From Candidatus Binatia bacterium (GTDB lineage: Bacteria > Desulfobacterota > Binatia > UBA1149 > CAITLU01): a DNA stretch of 49,131 nt. The translations under genes and the position numbers were made by a program. Below the pieces are notes generated by a model. The model searched no databases, was not told the DNA's origin, and was given only the letters and a program-made list of their open reading frames with translations. This document shows positions 9,381 through 18,324 of the stretch, in pieces; within the stretch, counting starts at the first letter, position 1; each line of letters starts with the position of its first letter. The DNA lies in NCBI GenBank assembly GCA_046260515.1, contig JBHEPB010000307.1, forward strand, positions 1-49,131. Reading direction: 5' to 3'.

Positions 9381-9866
9381 ATGAGCGAGCATCTCCAGCC
9401 CCACACCGAAGAAGACCGGCTTCGCCTGGCCGCCCACCGCCTCCTCCACGAGCTCGAGGAGGAGCCCCGCGACGCCCTGATCAGCCGCTTCTTCGTGGAG
9501 GAAGTGCCCCTCGACCACGTGCTGCTGGAGGAGAGCCACTCCAACTCCCGGCTCTTCGTGATCCTGAAGGGCTCCGTCAGCGTGAAACTACCCCGCGACG
9601 AACACCGCGTGAGCGAAGTGAAGCTGGCCACCCTCGGACCCGGCGACATGTTCGGCGAGTACTCGCTATTCGACCGCCACCCGGTCTCGGCCACCGTGTA
9701 CGCCACCGAGCCGACGCGCGTGGCGTGGCTGGAGAAGGCGGCGATGGATGAGTTTTTCCACGAGCACGGGGAGTCGGGGAGGAGATTTTACGAGGCGATT
9801 GCGAAGGTGTTGGTCGCGAGGCTCCGCGCGAAGGATGCGGAGTTGGATGTGGTGACGATTGGGTAG
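9381..9866 (+). CDS. Stand-alone cyclic nucleotide-binding domain protein
   Basis: LFVILKGSVSV...LATLGPGDMFGEYSLFDRHPVSATVYA. No HTH follows. Confidence 0.85.
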   Translation: MSEHLQPHTEEDRLRLAAHRLLHELEEEPRDALISRFFVEEVPLDHVLLEESHSNSRLFVILKGSVSVKLPRDEHRVSEVKLATLGPGDMFGEYSLFDRHPVSATVYATEPTRVAWLEKAAMDEFFHEHGESGRRFYEAIAKVLVARLRAKDAELDVVTIG

Positions 9867-10093
9867 CCAGTGTCCAAGCCGGGATTCCACGGCCTGACTG
9901 GCGTCAGGATGCGGCTGAGACGCCCGCTGCAACCAACCGGAGCCCCTGCTTCGTGAGGCGCAGGAGTCGACTGGCGAGGGCGTCACGGCCACGATCCGCC
10001 GGGGCCTCGAGTTGGTCGCGTCGCAGAGCGCGTGCGCAAAACTTCGCCAGCTTCGGGGACGTGTCGCGCTCTCCATCGACCTCCGCGGGAGAC

Positions 10094-10116
10094 GGCCCGC
10101 CGCGATCCGGCGGGCC
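10094..10116 (-). terminator. GC-rich hairpin just downstream of tmRNA
   Basis: ggcccgccg-cgatc-cggcgggcc, 9-bp stem 7 nt past the CCA. No U-tract. Confidence 0.45.
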
Positions 10117-10123
10117 AGGAAGG

Positions 10124-10481
10124 TGGTGGAGGCGGGGGGAATCGAACCCCCGTCCGAAAGTAATCCACAAAAACCTCTACACGCTTAGTCCTGGATTTAA
10201 TCTCATTCGGCGGAGCGCCCCAGAACAGGCTCCCGACGAACCAGCCGTCTACTGTTTCGGGCCGGCACCAGAAGGCGTAGCGCCGGATCCCTATCCCGAA
10301 TTGTTACGCCCTGTTCCACACATCGGGAGTGTCTGGGCAGGACGCCCGCCGCCTAATTAGGCAGCGAGAGCGTAATCGGTGTTATCCGCAGTTACGTTGT
10401 TTTTTACCGGATTAACGAGTCGGCAAAGCGCTCGGCGTGCAGCTCCTGCTTCATGACCCTCGTCGAGACCAGATCGCCCCC
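10124..10481 (-). ncRNA. ssrA: tmRNA; tag peptide (A)ADNTDYALAA at 10389-10357
   Basis: 5' GGGGGCGATCTGGTCTCGAC, 3' GGTTCGATTCCCCCCGCCTCCACCA, G3:U acceptor pair. Internal frame GCG GAT AAC ACC GAT TAC GCT CTC GCT GCC TAA. 358 nt. Confidence 0.97.
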
Positions 10482-10507
10482 AAGGTGTTCATCATTGAAG
10501 CATGGCG

Positions 10508-10536
10508 ACTATAAGGCCGCCGGCGGGGGGCGGCAA
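10508..10536 (-). promoter_or_regulatory. Sigma70-type promoter of ssrA
   Basis: TTGCCG-N17-TATAGT, 26 nt upstream of the mature 5' end. Confidence 0.7.
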
Positions 10537-10607
10537 GCTGAAAGTTCGTGGGCGCAGCCGGGGCGAGACATCCGGGGAGATACTCGCGGGGGCGCGTAAG
10601 CCCCGCC

Positions 10608-11333
10608 TCACACTCCGCCGCGCACCGCGCGGACGTAGTAGGCGGTGGGTTTCATGCCGGAGAACGCGTCGCCGGCGGCGAAGTACACGGTCCAGGCGTA
10701 AGAGGCGGAACCGACGTAGGTGGACGACGTCCAGTAGTAGTCCGGGCGCGTGCAACTGCACGAAGTGACCGTGCAGGACGCGGCGCAGGACGTGTGGAAG
10801 GGCGGGTAGGTGGAGGGACCGGAGGCGCCGAGGTTCACCAGCGAATCCAGCTCGAACCGGTTCGGCAGGCGCCAGTCGTCATGGCCGGCGAAGTTGGCGG
10901 CGTTGAGGCCCGCGATCTTCACCGTGACGGCCTCGAGCCAGGTGTACTTGTTGTCCTTGTCGTGGATGCTGCCGTCGTCGGAGAGCTTCTCCCACACGAG
11001 AGCGGTGGTGGCGTCGGTGACGGTGCCGTTGCCGTTGTCGGTAAAACTGCGGGCGGCGCCGAGCCCGGTCTGGCCGTCCTGGCCGGTGCCGGCGCATGAA
11101 ATCTCGGCCCCAGCGGTGTTGTAGCATTTGGTCTGGCCGGTCTTGAGGATGCCGCCGGACGGGTCGCACAGCAGGGTGATCGATTGGCCGACGGCGAACT
11201 TGAGCACCGACAGGGCGTCGGACGAGGTGACGGTGCCGGTCTTGTTGACGTCGCCGCAGGGGCTGCCGGCGGCGGCGGGCCCTGCGGCCAGCAGCACCGC
11301 CATAAAGATGGTCGCCGTGATCTTGTCGCGCAT
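10608..11333 (-). CDS. Secreted DUF1566 (Lcl C-terminal, C-type lectin-like) protein with N-terminal dockerin-like motif
   Basis: Signal peptide, CGDVNKTGTVTSSDAL, LKTGQTKCY, FTDNGNGTVTD.ATTALVWEK, DWRLPNRFELDSL, YWTSST...YVRAVRGG. Confidence 0.88.
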   Translation of the reverse strand: MRDKITATIFMAVLLAAGPAAAGSPCGDVNKTGTVTSSDALSVLKFAVGQSITLLCDPSGGILKTGQTKCYNTAGAEISCAGTGQDGQTGLGAARSFTDNGNGTVTDATTALVWEKLSDDGSIHDKDNKYTWLEAVTVKIAGLNAANFAGHDDWRLPNRFELDSLVNLGASGPSTYPPFHTSCAASCTVTSCSCTRPDYYWTSSTYVGSASYAWTVYFAAGDAFSGMKPTAYYVRAVRGGV

Positions 11334-11485
11334 GATGATTCCCCCCTGGCGGCGGTCGGCGTCGCCGGGGCGCAAGGTAGCCGACGAGGTTCCTCGAGGC
11401 GAGCCGCGCGGGGGGCTTGTTGCCAAGCAGATGGGCGGCGGATAGGGCTGCGGCGGCCCGGCCGCAGCGGCCCTCCTCTCCACCC

Positions 11486-12556
11486 ATGGCATCCCCAGCA
11501 GCTCGCCCCGCCCCCAGCCTGGTCGTGCGCGCCGGCCCCGAGGCCCTGGCGACGATCCGCAGAGAGGGCTTCCGGCCCGACGACTTCTCCACGATGCTCG
11601 GTGCCTCCGGCGGGCCGAAGTGGCTGGTCCTGTCGCGCCTCGACCGGATGCTCGCGCGGCGCTTCGTCGCGGGGCGGTCGGCGCCCCTGCACGCCTTCGG
11701 CACGTCGATCGGGGCTTTTCGCCACACCTGCCATGCCCAGGCCGACCCGGCGGCGGCTTTCGACCGTTTCGAGGAGGCCTACGTCGCGCAGGCCTACGAG
11801 AGGAAGCCGACGCCGGTCGAGGTGACGGACGAGAGCCGCCGCATCCTCGACGTGATGCTGGCCGGCGGCGACGATCCGCTGGCCCATCCCCACCTTCGCC
11901 TCCACGTCGGCACCGTGCGCAGCCGCAGGCCGGCTGCCACCGACGCGCGGGCAGCGCTCGTCCTCGGGCTTGGCGCGGCGGCGGCGGCCAACGCGGTGTC
12001 GCGGCGCCTGCTCGGGGTGTTCTTCGAAAGGGTGGTCTTTCACGCGACCGCCGCACCGGTGTTCGGCTTCGGCGACCTCGCCACCCGCCACGCGCGCCTG
12101 GACGCGGCCAACCTGCGCGCGGCCACGCTGGCCAGCGGCTCCATTCCGCTCGTGATGGCGGCCATCGAGGACGTGCCCGGCGGGCCGCGGGGGTTGTACC
12201 GCGACGGCGGCATCACCGACTACCACTTCGCGATGGACTTCGAGGCGCCGCCGGGGCTGGTGCTCTACCCCCACTTCTTCGACAGCATCGTGCCCGGCTG
12301 GTTCGACAAGATGCTCACGTGGCGCCGGGCCACGGGGCCGCTGCTGGCGCGCACGGTGTTCGTCGCGCCGTCGCGCGAGTTCGTGGCCACGCTTCCGGGC
12401 GGCAAGGTTCCCGACCGCGAGGATTTCGTCGCCTACTCCACCGCCGAGCGCCAGCGCATCTGGAAGCAAGTGCTCGCCGCTTCCCAGCGCCTCGCCGACG
12501 ATTTCGAGCACCTCCTCGAGTCCGACCGCCTGGTCCAGGCGGCTCGGCCTTTTTGA
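11486..12556 (+). CDS. Patatin-like phospholipase family protein
   Basis: GASGGPKWL oxyanion loop, GTSIG nucleophile, ASGSIP, YRDGGITDYH. Confidence 0.85.
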   Translation: MASPAARPAPSLVVRAGPEALATIRREGFRPDDFSTMLGASGGPKWLVLSRLDRMLARRFVAGRSAPLHAFGTSIGAFRHTCHAQADPAAAFDRFEEAYVAQAYERKPTPVEVTDESRRILDVMLAGGDDPLAHPHLRLHVGTVRSRRPAATDARAALVLGLGAAAAANAVSRRLLGVFFERVVFHATAAPVFGFGDLATRHARLDAANLRAATLASGSIPLVMAAIEDVPGGPRGLYRDGGITDYHFAMDFEAPPGLVLYPHFFDSIVPGWFDKMLTWRRATGPLLARTVFVAPSREFVATLPGGKVPDREDFVAYSTAERQRIWKQVLAASQRLADDFEHLLESDRLVQAARPF

Positions 12557-12616
12557 AACCCGGGACAGGTACAGGTTTTCGCTGCGCGAAAACCTGTACC
12601 TGTCCCGGGTTTTTTC
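12555..12616. repeat. REP/REPIN-like palindrome, type A
   Basis: gaaacccgggacaggtacaggttttcgc-tgc-gcgaaaacctgtacctgtcccgggttttttc between convergent stops. Confidence 0.93.
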
Positions 12617-13005
12617 TACAGGATCCGCTTCGAGGAGGCGTCTGGATCTCGCCGCTCGCCGGCTCGCGGCTCGCCCGGGTTTTTCGGATTTTCGCGGAGG
12701 ACGAAGCGGAGGCCTTGGGCGGTTTCCAGGGACATGGCTTCGGAGAGGGGCTCGTCGATGACGTCGATGGTAACGTCGGCGTTTCGGTAGGGCTCGATCA
12801 TCGCCGACTGCAGGTAGACCGGGATGCCGTCGACTTCGGCGGCCTTCTCGGCGGCCGACGTGAGGACGGCGTCTTCGTAGAGATGCGGCGCGGTGCCCTC
12901 GCAGCAGCCGCCATCGATCACAAAGGAAAGGGGTCCGCTGCGCTCGGCGCGGATGCGGTCGAGCACCTGGGCGGCGCGGGGGGAAAGGCGAACGGTGGTC
13001 ATCAT
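12616..13005 (-). CDS. DUF779 family (HesB-like) protein
   Basis: GGCCEGTAP motif and SLETAQGLRFVLR. Lies directly after an aldehyde dehydrogenase, the usual context for this family. Confidence 0.75.
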   Translation of the reverse strand: MMTTVRLSPRAAQVLDRIRAERSGPLSFVIDGGCCEGTAPHLYEDAVLTSAAEKAAEVDGIPVYLQSAMIEPYRNADVTIDVIDEPLSEAMSLETAQGLRFVLRENPKNPGEPRAGERRDPDASSKRIL

Positions 13006-13017
13006 CGCTCCAGGGAA

Positions 13018-13047
13018 GCGCGGCGGCGGCTTTCGCCGCCGCCGCGC
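13018..13047 (-). terminator. 13-bp hairpin with GAAA loop after ALDH (stabiliser or weak terminator)
   Basis: gcgcggcggcggc-tttc-gccgccgccgcgc, followed by only TT on the minus strand. Confidence 0.5.
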
Positions 13048-13051
13048 GCGA

Positions 13052-14557
13052 TCAGTTGAGCAGCAGTCCCAAGTAGAACTTGCCCTCGGGAGGCGTGCTC
13101 TGGCCCACGTGGATGTGCTTGGTCTCGTGGTACTCGGCCAGGCCCCATTTGCCGAGCTCGCGTCCCACGCCGCTCTGCTTGTAGCCGCCGAAGGGGAAAC
13201 GGACGTTGATCATGTGGTAGTCGTTGATCCACACGGTCCCCGTCTCGATGCGGCGGGCCACCGCCACCGCGTGGTCGGTGTTCTCCGACCACACCGCGCC
13301 GCCCAGCCCGTACACCGAGTCGTTCGCGATACGCACGGCTTCGTCCTCGTCCTTGAAGCGTATCACCGACACCACCGGCCCGAAGATCTCTTCCTGGGCG
13401 ATGCGCATCCTGTTGTCCACGCAGTCGAAGACGGTGGGCTCGTAGTAGTAACCCTTGCTCATGCCGTCGGGGCGCTTGCCACCGGCCACGCACTTGGCGC
13501 CCTGCTCGTGGCCGAGCTCCACGTACTTCTCGACGGTCTCGCGCTGGGAGGCGCTCACCAGCGGGCCCATGCCCGTGGTCGGGTCCATGGTGTCGCCGAT
13601 CTTGATGCGCGACATGCCGGCCAGCATTTTCTCCATGAACTCGTCGTGCACGCGTTCGTGGACGAGAATGCGGGTGCCCGACTCACAGATCTGGCCCTGG
13701 TGCATGAAGGTAGCGAACAGGGCGCCGAGCGCCGCCGTGTCCAGGTTGGCGTCGGGCAGAATGATGTTGGGCGACTTGCCGCCGAGCTCCAGCGTCACCT
13801 TCTTCAGCGTGCCAGCCCCGAGCTGCATGATGCGGCGGCCCACCTCGGTGGAACCGGTGAAGGCCACCTTACCGATGTCGGGGTGCGTGGCCAGCTCTTC
13901 GCCGGCGGTGCCGCCCGGTCCGCTGATCACGTTGACGACGCCGGCGGGCACGCCGGCCTGGGTGCAGATCTCGCCGAGGAGCAGCGTGGACACGGGCGTG
14001 ACCGACGCGGGCTTGAGCACCACGCAGTTGCCCGCCGCGATGGCCGGCGCGATCTTCCACGAGGCCATGATCATCGGGAAGTTCCACGGCGTGATGCCCG
14101 CGCACACACCGATGGGCTCGCGCACCACCAGGTTCTTGCTCGGGATGGGGACCGTCTCCTCGTAGTCCTCCTGGAGCATGGCCTTGTACTCGTCGCCCTG
14201 GATGAAGGAGCCGTAGTGGAAGAAGGTCTGGGCGGCGCCCGGCACGTCCATGCTCATGGCCTTGCGGATGGTGCCGCCGCCGTCCTGCACTTCGGCCGCC
14301 GCCAGCTCGTCCTGGCGCTCGAACATGGCGGCTGCCACGCGCTGGAGGATCTCGCCGCGCTCCTGGGGCGACTTGCCCCGCCACACGCCGCTGTCGTGGG
14401 CGGCCTTGGCGGCGGCCACGGCCTTGCGCGCGTCCTCGCGGTCGGCGACGGCCACGTTGCACCAGGCTTCTTCGGTGGCGGGGTTGATCGAGGGAGCGGT
14501 CTTGCCGCCCTTGGCGGACTCCCACTGGCCGTTGATGAACAGACCGTACTCTTTCAT
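13052..14557 (-). CDS. NAD-dependent aldehyde dehydrogenase
   Basis: ITPWNFP, FTGSTEVG, LELGGKSP, QGQICES, EEIFGPV, PFGGYKQSG. AAGGAG RBS before ATG 14557. Confidence 0.95.
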   Translation of the reverse strand: MKEYGLFINGQWESAKGGKTAPSINPATEEAWCNVAVADREDARKAVAAAKAAHDSGVWRGKSPQERGEILQRVAAAMFERQDELAAAEVQDGGGTIRKAMSMDVPGAAQTFFHYGSFIQGDEYKAMLQEDYEETVPIPSKNLVVREPIGVCAGITPWNFPMIMASWKIAPAIAAGNCVVLKPASVTPVSTLLLGEICTQAGVPAGVVNVISGPGGTAGEELATHPDIGKVAFTGSTEVGRRIMQLGAGTLKKVTLELGGKSPNIILPDANLDTAALGALFATFMHQGQICESGTRILVHERVHDEFMEKMLAGMSRIKIGDTMDPTTGMGPLVSASQRETVEKYVELGHEQGAKCVAGGKRPDGMSKGYYYEPTVFDCVDNRMRIAQEEIFGPVVSVIRFKDEDEAVRIANDSVYGLGGAVWSENTDHAVAVARRIETGTVWINDYHMINVRFPFGGYKQSGVGRELGKWGLAEYHETKHIHVGQSTPPEGKFYLGLLLN

Positions 14558-14774
14558 GGGGTTTCTCCTTGCCGGGGCGGCGGTCGATTTCGCTCGGACC
14601 CTACGCTCGGCCCTGGCTTCGATCAACAGATCCTGCCGCGATCGGCGGGCGCGGCAGGGCCTGCGCCGGCCGGAATTTCGCCCCGTCGACCTGCTTGACG
14701 TGGACCGGGCGGCCGAGTAACTAAGTGATGTTCCGTAAATCCTTTGGACGCCGCTGCGTCCCCTCCTGAATCCG

Positions 14775-15341
14775 GTGAGCGATCCCAGCAGTACCCCACC
14801 CTTTCCCGGTACCTACTGGGTAGTCCCCGGAAGCCTGCTCGCCGGATCCTGGCCGGGCGGGCGCGACGAGAAGTCCACGGCCGAACGCATGGCCGCCCTG
14901 CTCGACGCCGGCATCCACTCCGTCATCAACCTGCTTCCGGAAGAGGAAAACTTCGAGCACGCTCCGGGCGAAGTCTTCCAGCCCTACGAAGACACCCTCG
15001 AAAAGCTCGGCGAGTCGCGCGGCGTCGTGGTGGAGATCGAGCGCTACGCCATCGAGGACGCCAACACCATGACCGAGCAGGCCATGGAACTGGTGCTCGA
15101 CGCCATCGACGCCGAGATCGAAGGCCGCAACAGCCCCACCTTCGTCCATTGCTCCGACGGCAACGCCCGCACGGGGGTGGTCATCGGCTGCTACCTGGCC
15201 CGCCACGGCATCGCCAACGGCAAGGACGCCCTGGCCCGGATCAAGGAGCTTCGCTCGGCGGACCCCGTCTTCTCCCGCATCAAGTCCCCGCAGACCATGA
15301 CCGAAGAAAAGTTCGTGCTGCGCTGGCGCCAGGCCCGCTAG
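14775..15341 (+). CDS. Dual-specificity / tyrosine phosphatase family protein
   Basis: YWVVPGSLLAGSWPG and CX5R P-loop VHCSDGNARTG. Confidence 0.85.
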   Translation: MSDPSSTPPFPGTYWVVPGSLLAGSWPGGRDEKSTAERMAALLDAGIHSVINLLPEEENFEHAPGEVFQPYEDTLEKLGESRGVVVEIERYAIEDANTMTEQAMELVLDAIDAEIEGRNSPTFVHCSDGNARTGVVIGCYLARHGIANGKDALARIKELRSADPVFSRIKSPQTMTEEKFVLRWRQAR

Positions 15342-15424
15342 GGCGCCCTTCCCTTTCCACGGGTGCCCCCACTTCCCTGTTTCCGGTTCGGGGGATAAAG
15401 GATATCGCGCCCGGCGGGCGGAAA

Positions 15425-17239
15425 ATGGCCACCTTTTTCGTATTCCTGTCGCTGGTTGTCCAATCGGCCGTCGCGGTCGTCGCCATTCGCGCGCCGCGCG
15501 CGCCCCACACCCGTGCAGCGTGGTGGACCCTGGCGGCTGCTGCCGGCTTCAGCGCGGTGCGCCGCGGGATCGTCTTCATCGAGCACGTCCGCGGCACGCG
15601 CGACGTGCCGAGCCTCGTCCTCGAGGAACTGCTCGTTGTTTTCGTCTCCGTCCTGCTCTTCCTCGGCGTCCTGCAGCTGCGGCGCATCTGGGACGACGCC
15701 GACCGCGCCGCGGCCGCGGCGACCAAACGCGAGCAGGCCTTTCGCGAGGGCGAGGAGCTGTGGCAGCGCATCTTCGAGTTCGCGCCCGACGGCTACATCC
15801 TTCTCCACCTGGACGGACGGCTGGGCCGCCTGAACGTGGCGGCCGCCGAGATCGCGGGCGTGGACCGCGAGGGGAGCGAGGGGCGCAACATCCTCGAACT
15901 CGGCATCCTGGACGAAGACGGCATGGCCCAGGCCGCGCGCAACCTCGCCGCGCTTCAGCAGGGCACCGATCCCGGTCCGGCCGAGTACACCTTCCATCGC
16001 AGCGACGGCACCCAGAGGCAGGTCGAGATCATCGGCTACCTGATGGACGTGCGCGGCGAGAGGCTGATGCTCACCATCATCCACGACATCACGCGGCGTC
16101 GCAGCATCGAGGCCGAACTCCACCGCAGCCGCCTGCGCCTGGAGGAAGCCCAGCGCGTGGCCGGCATCGTCACGTTCGAGATCGATTTCCGGCGCGGCGT
16201 GATGTGGCTCAGCAACAAGGTGCCGGGGCTGGAGTCGGCCACGCTGCGCGACGGGGGCACCGAGATCCCGCTGGATACCGCGTTATCCTTCGTGCACCCC
16301 GACGATTTCGACCGCGTGATCCGGTCCATGGCGGCGGCTGGGGCGCCGGGGGGAAGCGGCGACGTGGTGGTGGAGTATCGCCAGCGCGACGTCGTGAGCG
16401 AGGGAGTGGCGACGGTGCACACCACGGCGCGCGCCGAGAAGGACGAGCACGGCGACGTGGTGCGCATGTTCGGCGCCACGCTCGACATCACCGCGATCCG
16501 TGCGGCCGAGCAGGAGATCCGCACGCTCAATGCCGTCCTCGAGGAGAGGGTGAAGGAGCGCACGTCCGAACTCGAGCGGGCCGTCGACGAGCTCGAAGCC
16601 TTCAGCTACTCGGTCTCCCACGACCTGCGTTCGCCGTTGCGCGCGATGGCGGGCTACAGCGAGCTGGTTCTGGAAGAGGATGGCGGGAGCCTTTCAGAAT
16701 CTTCGCGCGAGCACCTCGAGCGCATCCGCGCTTCGTCGGTGCGCATGGCGGGACTCATCGACGGGCTGCTCTCGCTTTCGCGTCTGACCCGGGCGACGCG
16801 CAACGACACTCCCGTAGACCTGTCGGAGATCGCGAGCGGCATCCTCCGCGAGCTGCGCATTGCGGAGCCCGACCGGGAAGTGGAAGTGGTGGTCCAGGAG
16901 GGCCTGGAAACCGTGGCCGATGCCGGGATGATGTCGCTGGTGCTGCAGAACCTGCTCGACAACGCCTGGAAGTTCAGCCGCTCGACGCCCCGGCCGCGCA
17001 TCGCCTTCGGGCGCACCCACCAGGGCGTCTATTTCGTGCGCGACAACGGCGTGGGGTTCGATCCCGCCCAGGCGGGCAAGCTGTTCCGGCCCTTCGTGAG
17101 GCTGCACCGCACGGACGAGTTCGAGGGCACCGGGATTGGGCTGGCGACGGTGGACCGCATCGTGCGCCACCACGGCGGCCGCGTCTGGGCCGAAGGACAC
17201 ATCAACAAAGGCGCCACCTTCTGGTTCACCCTCGCGTGA
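15425..17239 (+). CDS. Membrane PAS-domain sensor histidine kinase
   Basis: About three N-terminal hydrophobic segments, two PAS/PAC-like regions, H box SYSVSHDLRSPL, NLLDNAWKF, DNGVGFD, GTGIGLA. Confidence 0.93.
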   Translation: MATFFVFLSLVVQSAVAVVAIRAPRAPHTRAAWWTLAAAAGFSAVRRGIVFIEHVRGTRDVPSLVLEELLVVFVSVLLFLGVLQLRRIWDDADRAAAAATKREQAFREGEELWQRIFEFAPDGYILLHLDGRLGRLNVAAAEIAGVDREGSEGRNILELGILDEDGMAQAARNLAALQQGTDPGPAEYTFHRSDGTQRQVEIIGYLMDVRGERLMLTIIHDITRRRSIEAELHRSRLRLEEAQRVAGIVTFEIDFRRGVMWLSNKVPGLESATLRDGGTEIPLDTALSFVHPDDFDRVIRSMAAAGAPGGSGDVVVEYRQRDVVSEGVATVHTTARAEKDEHGDVVRMFGATLDITAIRAAEQEIRTLNAVLEERVKERTSELERAVDELEAFSYSVSHDLRSPLRAMAGYSELVLEEDGGSLSESSREHLERIRASSVRMAGLIDGLLSLSRLTRATRNDTPVDLSEIASGILRELRIAEPDREVEVVVQEGLETVADAGMMSLVLQNLLDNAWKFSRSTPRPRIAFGRTHQGVYFVRDNGVGFDPAQAGKLFRPFVRLHRTDEFEGTGIGLATVDRIVRHHGGRVWAEGHINKGATFWFTLA

Positions 17240-17311
17240 AACCCGAAACCCGGGACAGGTACAGGTTTCGCTCCGCGAAACCTGTACCTGTCCCGGGTTT
17301 CACCGGGTTTC
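17238..17311. repeat. REP/REPIN-like palindrome, type A, with duplicated termini
   Basis: gaaaccc-gaaacccgggacaggtacaggtttcgc-tcc-gcgaaacctgtacctgtcccgggtttc-accgggtttc. Outer IR cgcgtgaaacccg/cgggtttcacgcg spans 17233-17316. Confidence 0.93.
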
Positions 17312-17795
17312 ACGCGCGGCGGCGCATGGCGCGGGCGATTTCGCGCTTGGCGTCCTGGTCGCGGGCGGTGGCCCTCTTGTCGTGGAGCTTCTTGCCCTTG
17401 GCCAGGCCGAGTTCGGCCTTCAGGCGGCCGTTCTTGTCGAAGTAGATCTTGGTGACGACGAGGGTGAGGCCCTCGAGTTTCACGCGGCCGGCCAGGCGGT
17501 CGAGTTGGCGGCGGTGCAGCAGGAGCTTGCGGGGCCGGTCCGGATTGTGGTTGGCGGCCACCCCGGCGGGCTTGTAAGGGGCGAAGCGGCAACCCACCAG
17601 GAAGGCCTCGCTCTTGTCGATCCTCACGTAGGAGTCGGTCAGGTTGACGCCGCCCTCGCGCGCCGAGCGGACCTCAGTACCCGTCAGCTGCATCCCCGCC
17701 TCGAGCGTCTCCTCGATGAAGTAGTTGTGGAAGGCCTTGCGGTTGTCCGCAACGCGACCGCTGGTCTCCTTGGTGCGCGCCGCCGACTTCGCCAT
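17310..17795 (-). CDS. smpB: SsrA-binding protein
   Basis: NRKAFHNYFIEETLEAGMQLTGTEVRS, NHNPDRPRKLLLH, GKKLHDKR. Confidence 0.97.
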   Translation of the reverse strand: MAKSAARTKETSGRVADNRKAFHNYFIEETLEAGMQLTGTEVRSAREGGVNLTDSYVRIDKSEAFLVGCRFAPYKPAGVAANHNPDRPRKLLLHRRQLDRLAGRVKLEGLTLVVTKIYFDKNGRLKAELGLAKGKKLHDKRATARDQDAKREIARAMRRRA

Positions 17796-17835
17796 CGCCC
17801 GACCCTACCACGCCCCCCGCGCAGGTTGAACGCGC

Positions 17836-17890
17836 GAAAACCCGGGACAGGTACAGGTTTCGAAGAAACCTGTACCTGTCCCGGGTTTTT
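17836..17890. repeat. REP/REPIN-like palindrome, type A
   Basis: gaaaacccgggacaggtacaggtttc-gaa-gaaacctgtacctgtcccgggttttt. Overlaps the panD TAA. Confidence 0.93.
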
Positions 17891-18302
17891 AGCCCCAGAC
17901 TTTTTTCAGGTGGGCCTGGCCGGCGATTTCGTGCTGGCGGCCGAGGTCCACGGGGCGGTTGCGGTCGTCCACGAAGACGACCTTGGGCTTCCAGGCCAGG
18001 GCCTCTTCCTCGGGCATCCAGCCGAAGGCGGCGATGATGATGAGGTCGCCCACGTTCACCTTGTGGGCCGCGGCGCCGTTGACGCAGACCACGCCCGAGC
18101 CCGGCTGGCCCTCGATGGCGTAGGTCTCGAAGCGTTCGCCGTTGTTCACGTCCCAGATGCACACCGCCTCGTTCTGGATGATCCCGGCCCCGCGCAGGAG
18201 GTCCGGGTCGATCGTTACGCTGCCTTCATAGTGAAGGTCGGCGCCGGTGATGTTGGCACGGTGGATCTTGCCGCGAAGCATTTTGCGCATGTTGCTCTGC
18301 AT
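17889..18302 (-). CDS. panD: Aspartate 1-decarboxylase
   Basis: MLRGKIHRANIT.ADLHYEGSVTID (G-S cleavage site), NGERFETY, NGAAAH. Confidence 0.96.
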   Translation of the reverse strand: MQSNMRKMLRGKIHRANITGADLHYEGSVTIDPDLLRGAGIIQNEAVCIWDVNNGERFETYAIEGQPGSGVVCVNGAAAHKVNVGDLIIIAAFGWMPEEEALAWKPKVVFVDDRNRPVDLGRQHEIAGQAHLKKVWG

Positions 18303-18324
18303 GGAATCGTTTCTCCCGGGAAGT

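Noticed and set aside
9867-10123. Integrative element or att site at the tmRNA 3' end; short ORFs 9904-10170
   Set aside because: No integrase and no duplicated tmRNA 3' end were seen, and the short ORFs have no recognisable motifs.
9381-12556. Cyclic-nucleotide defence system (cNMP-binding protein plus patatin)
   Set aside because: The genes are separated by ssrA and DUF1566, and no nucleotide cyclase or CD-NTase is present.
14695-14723. Sigma70 promoter TTGACG-N17-TAACTA
   Set aside because: The -10 box lacks the conserved final T, so it is not supported well enough.
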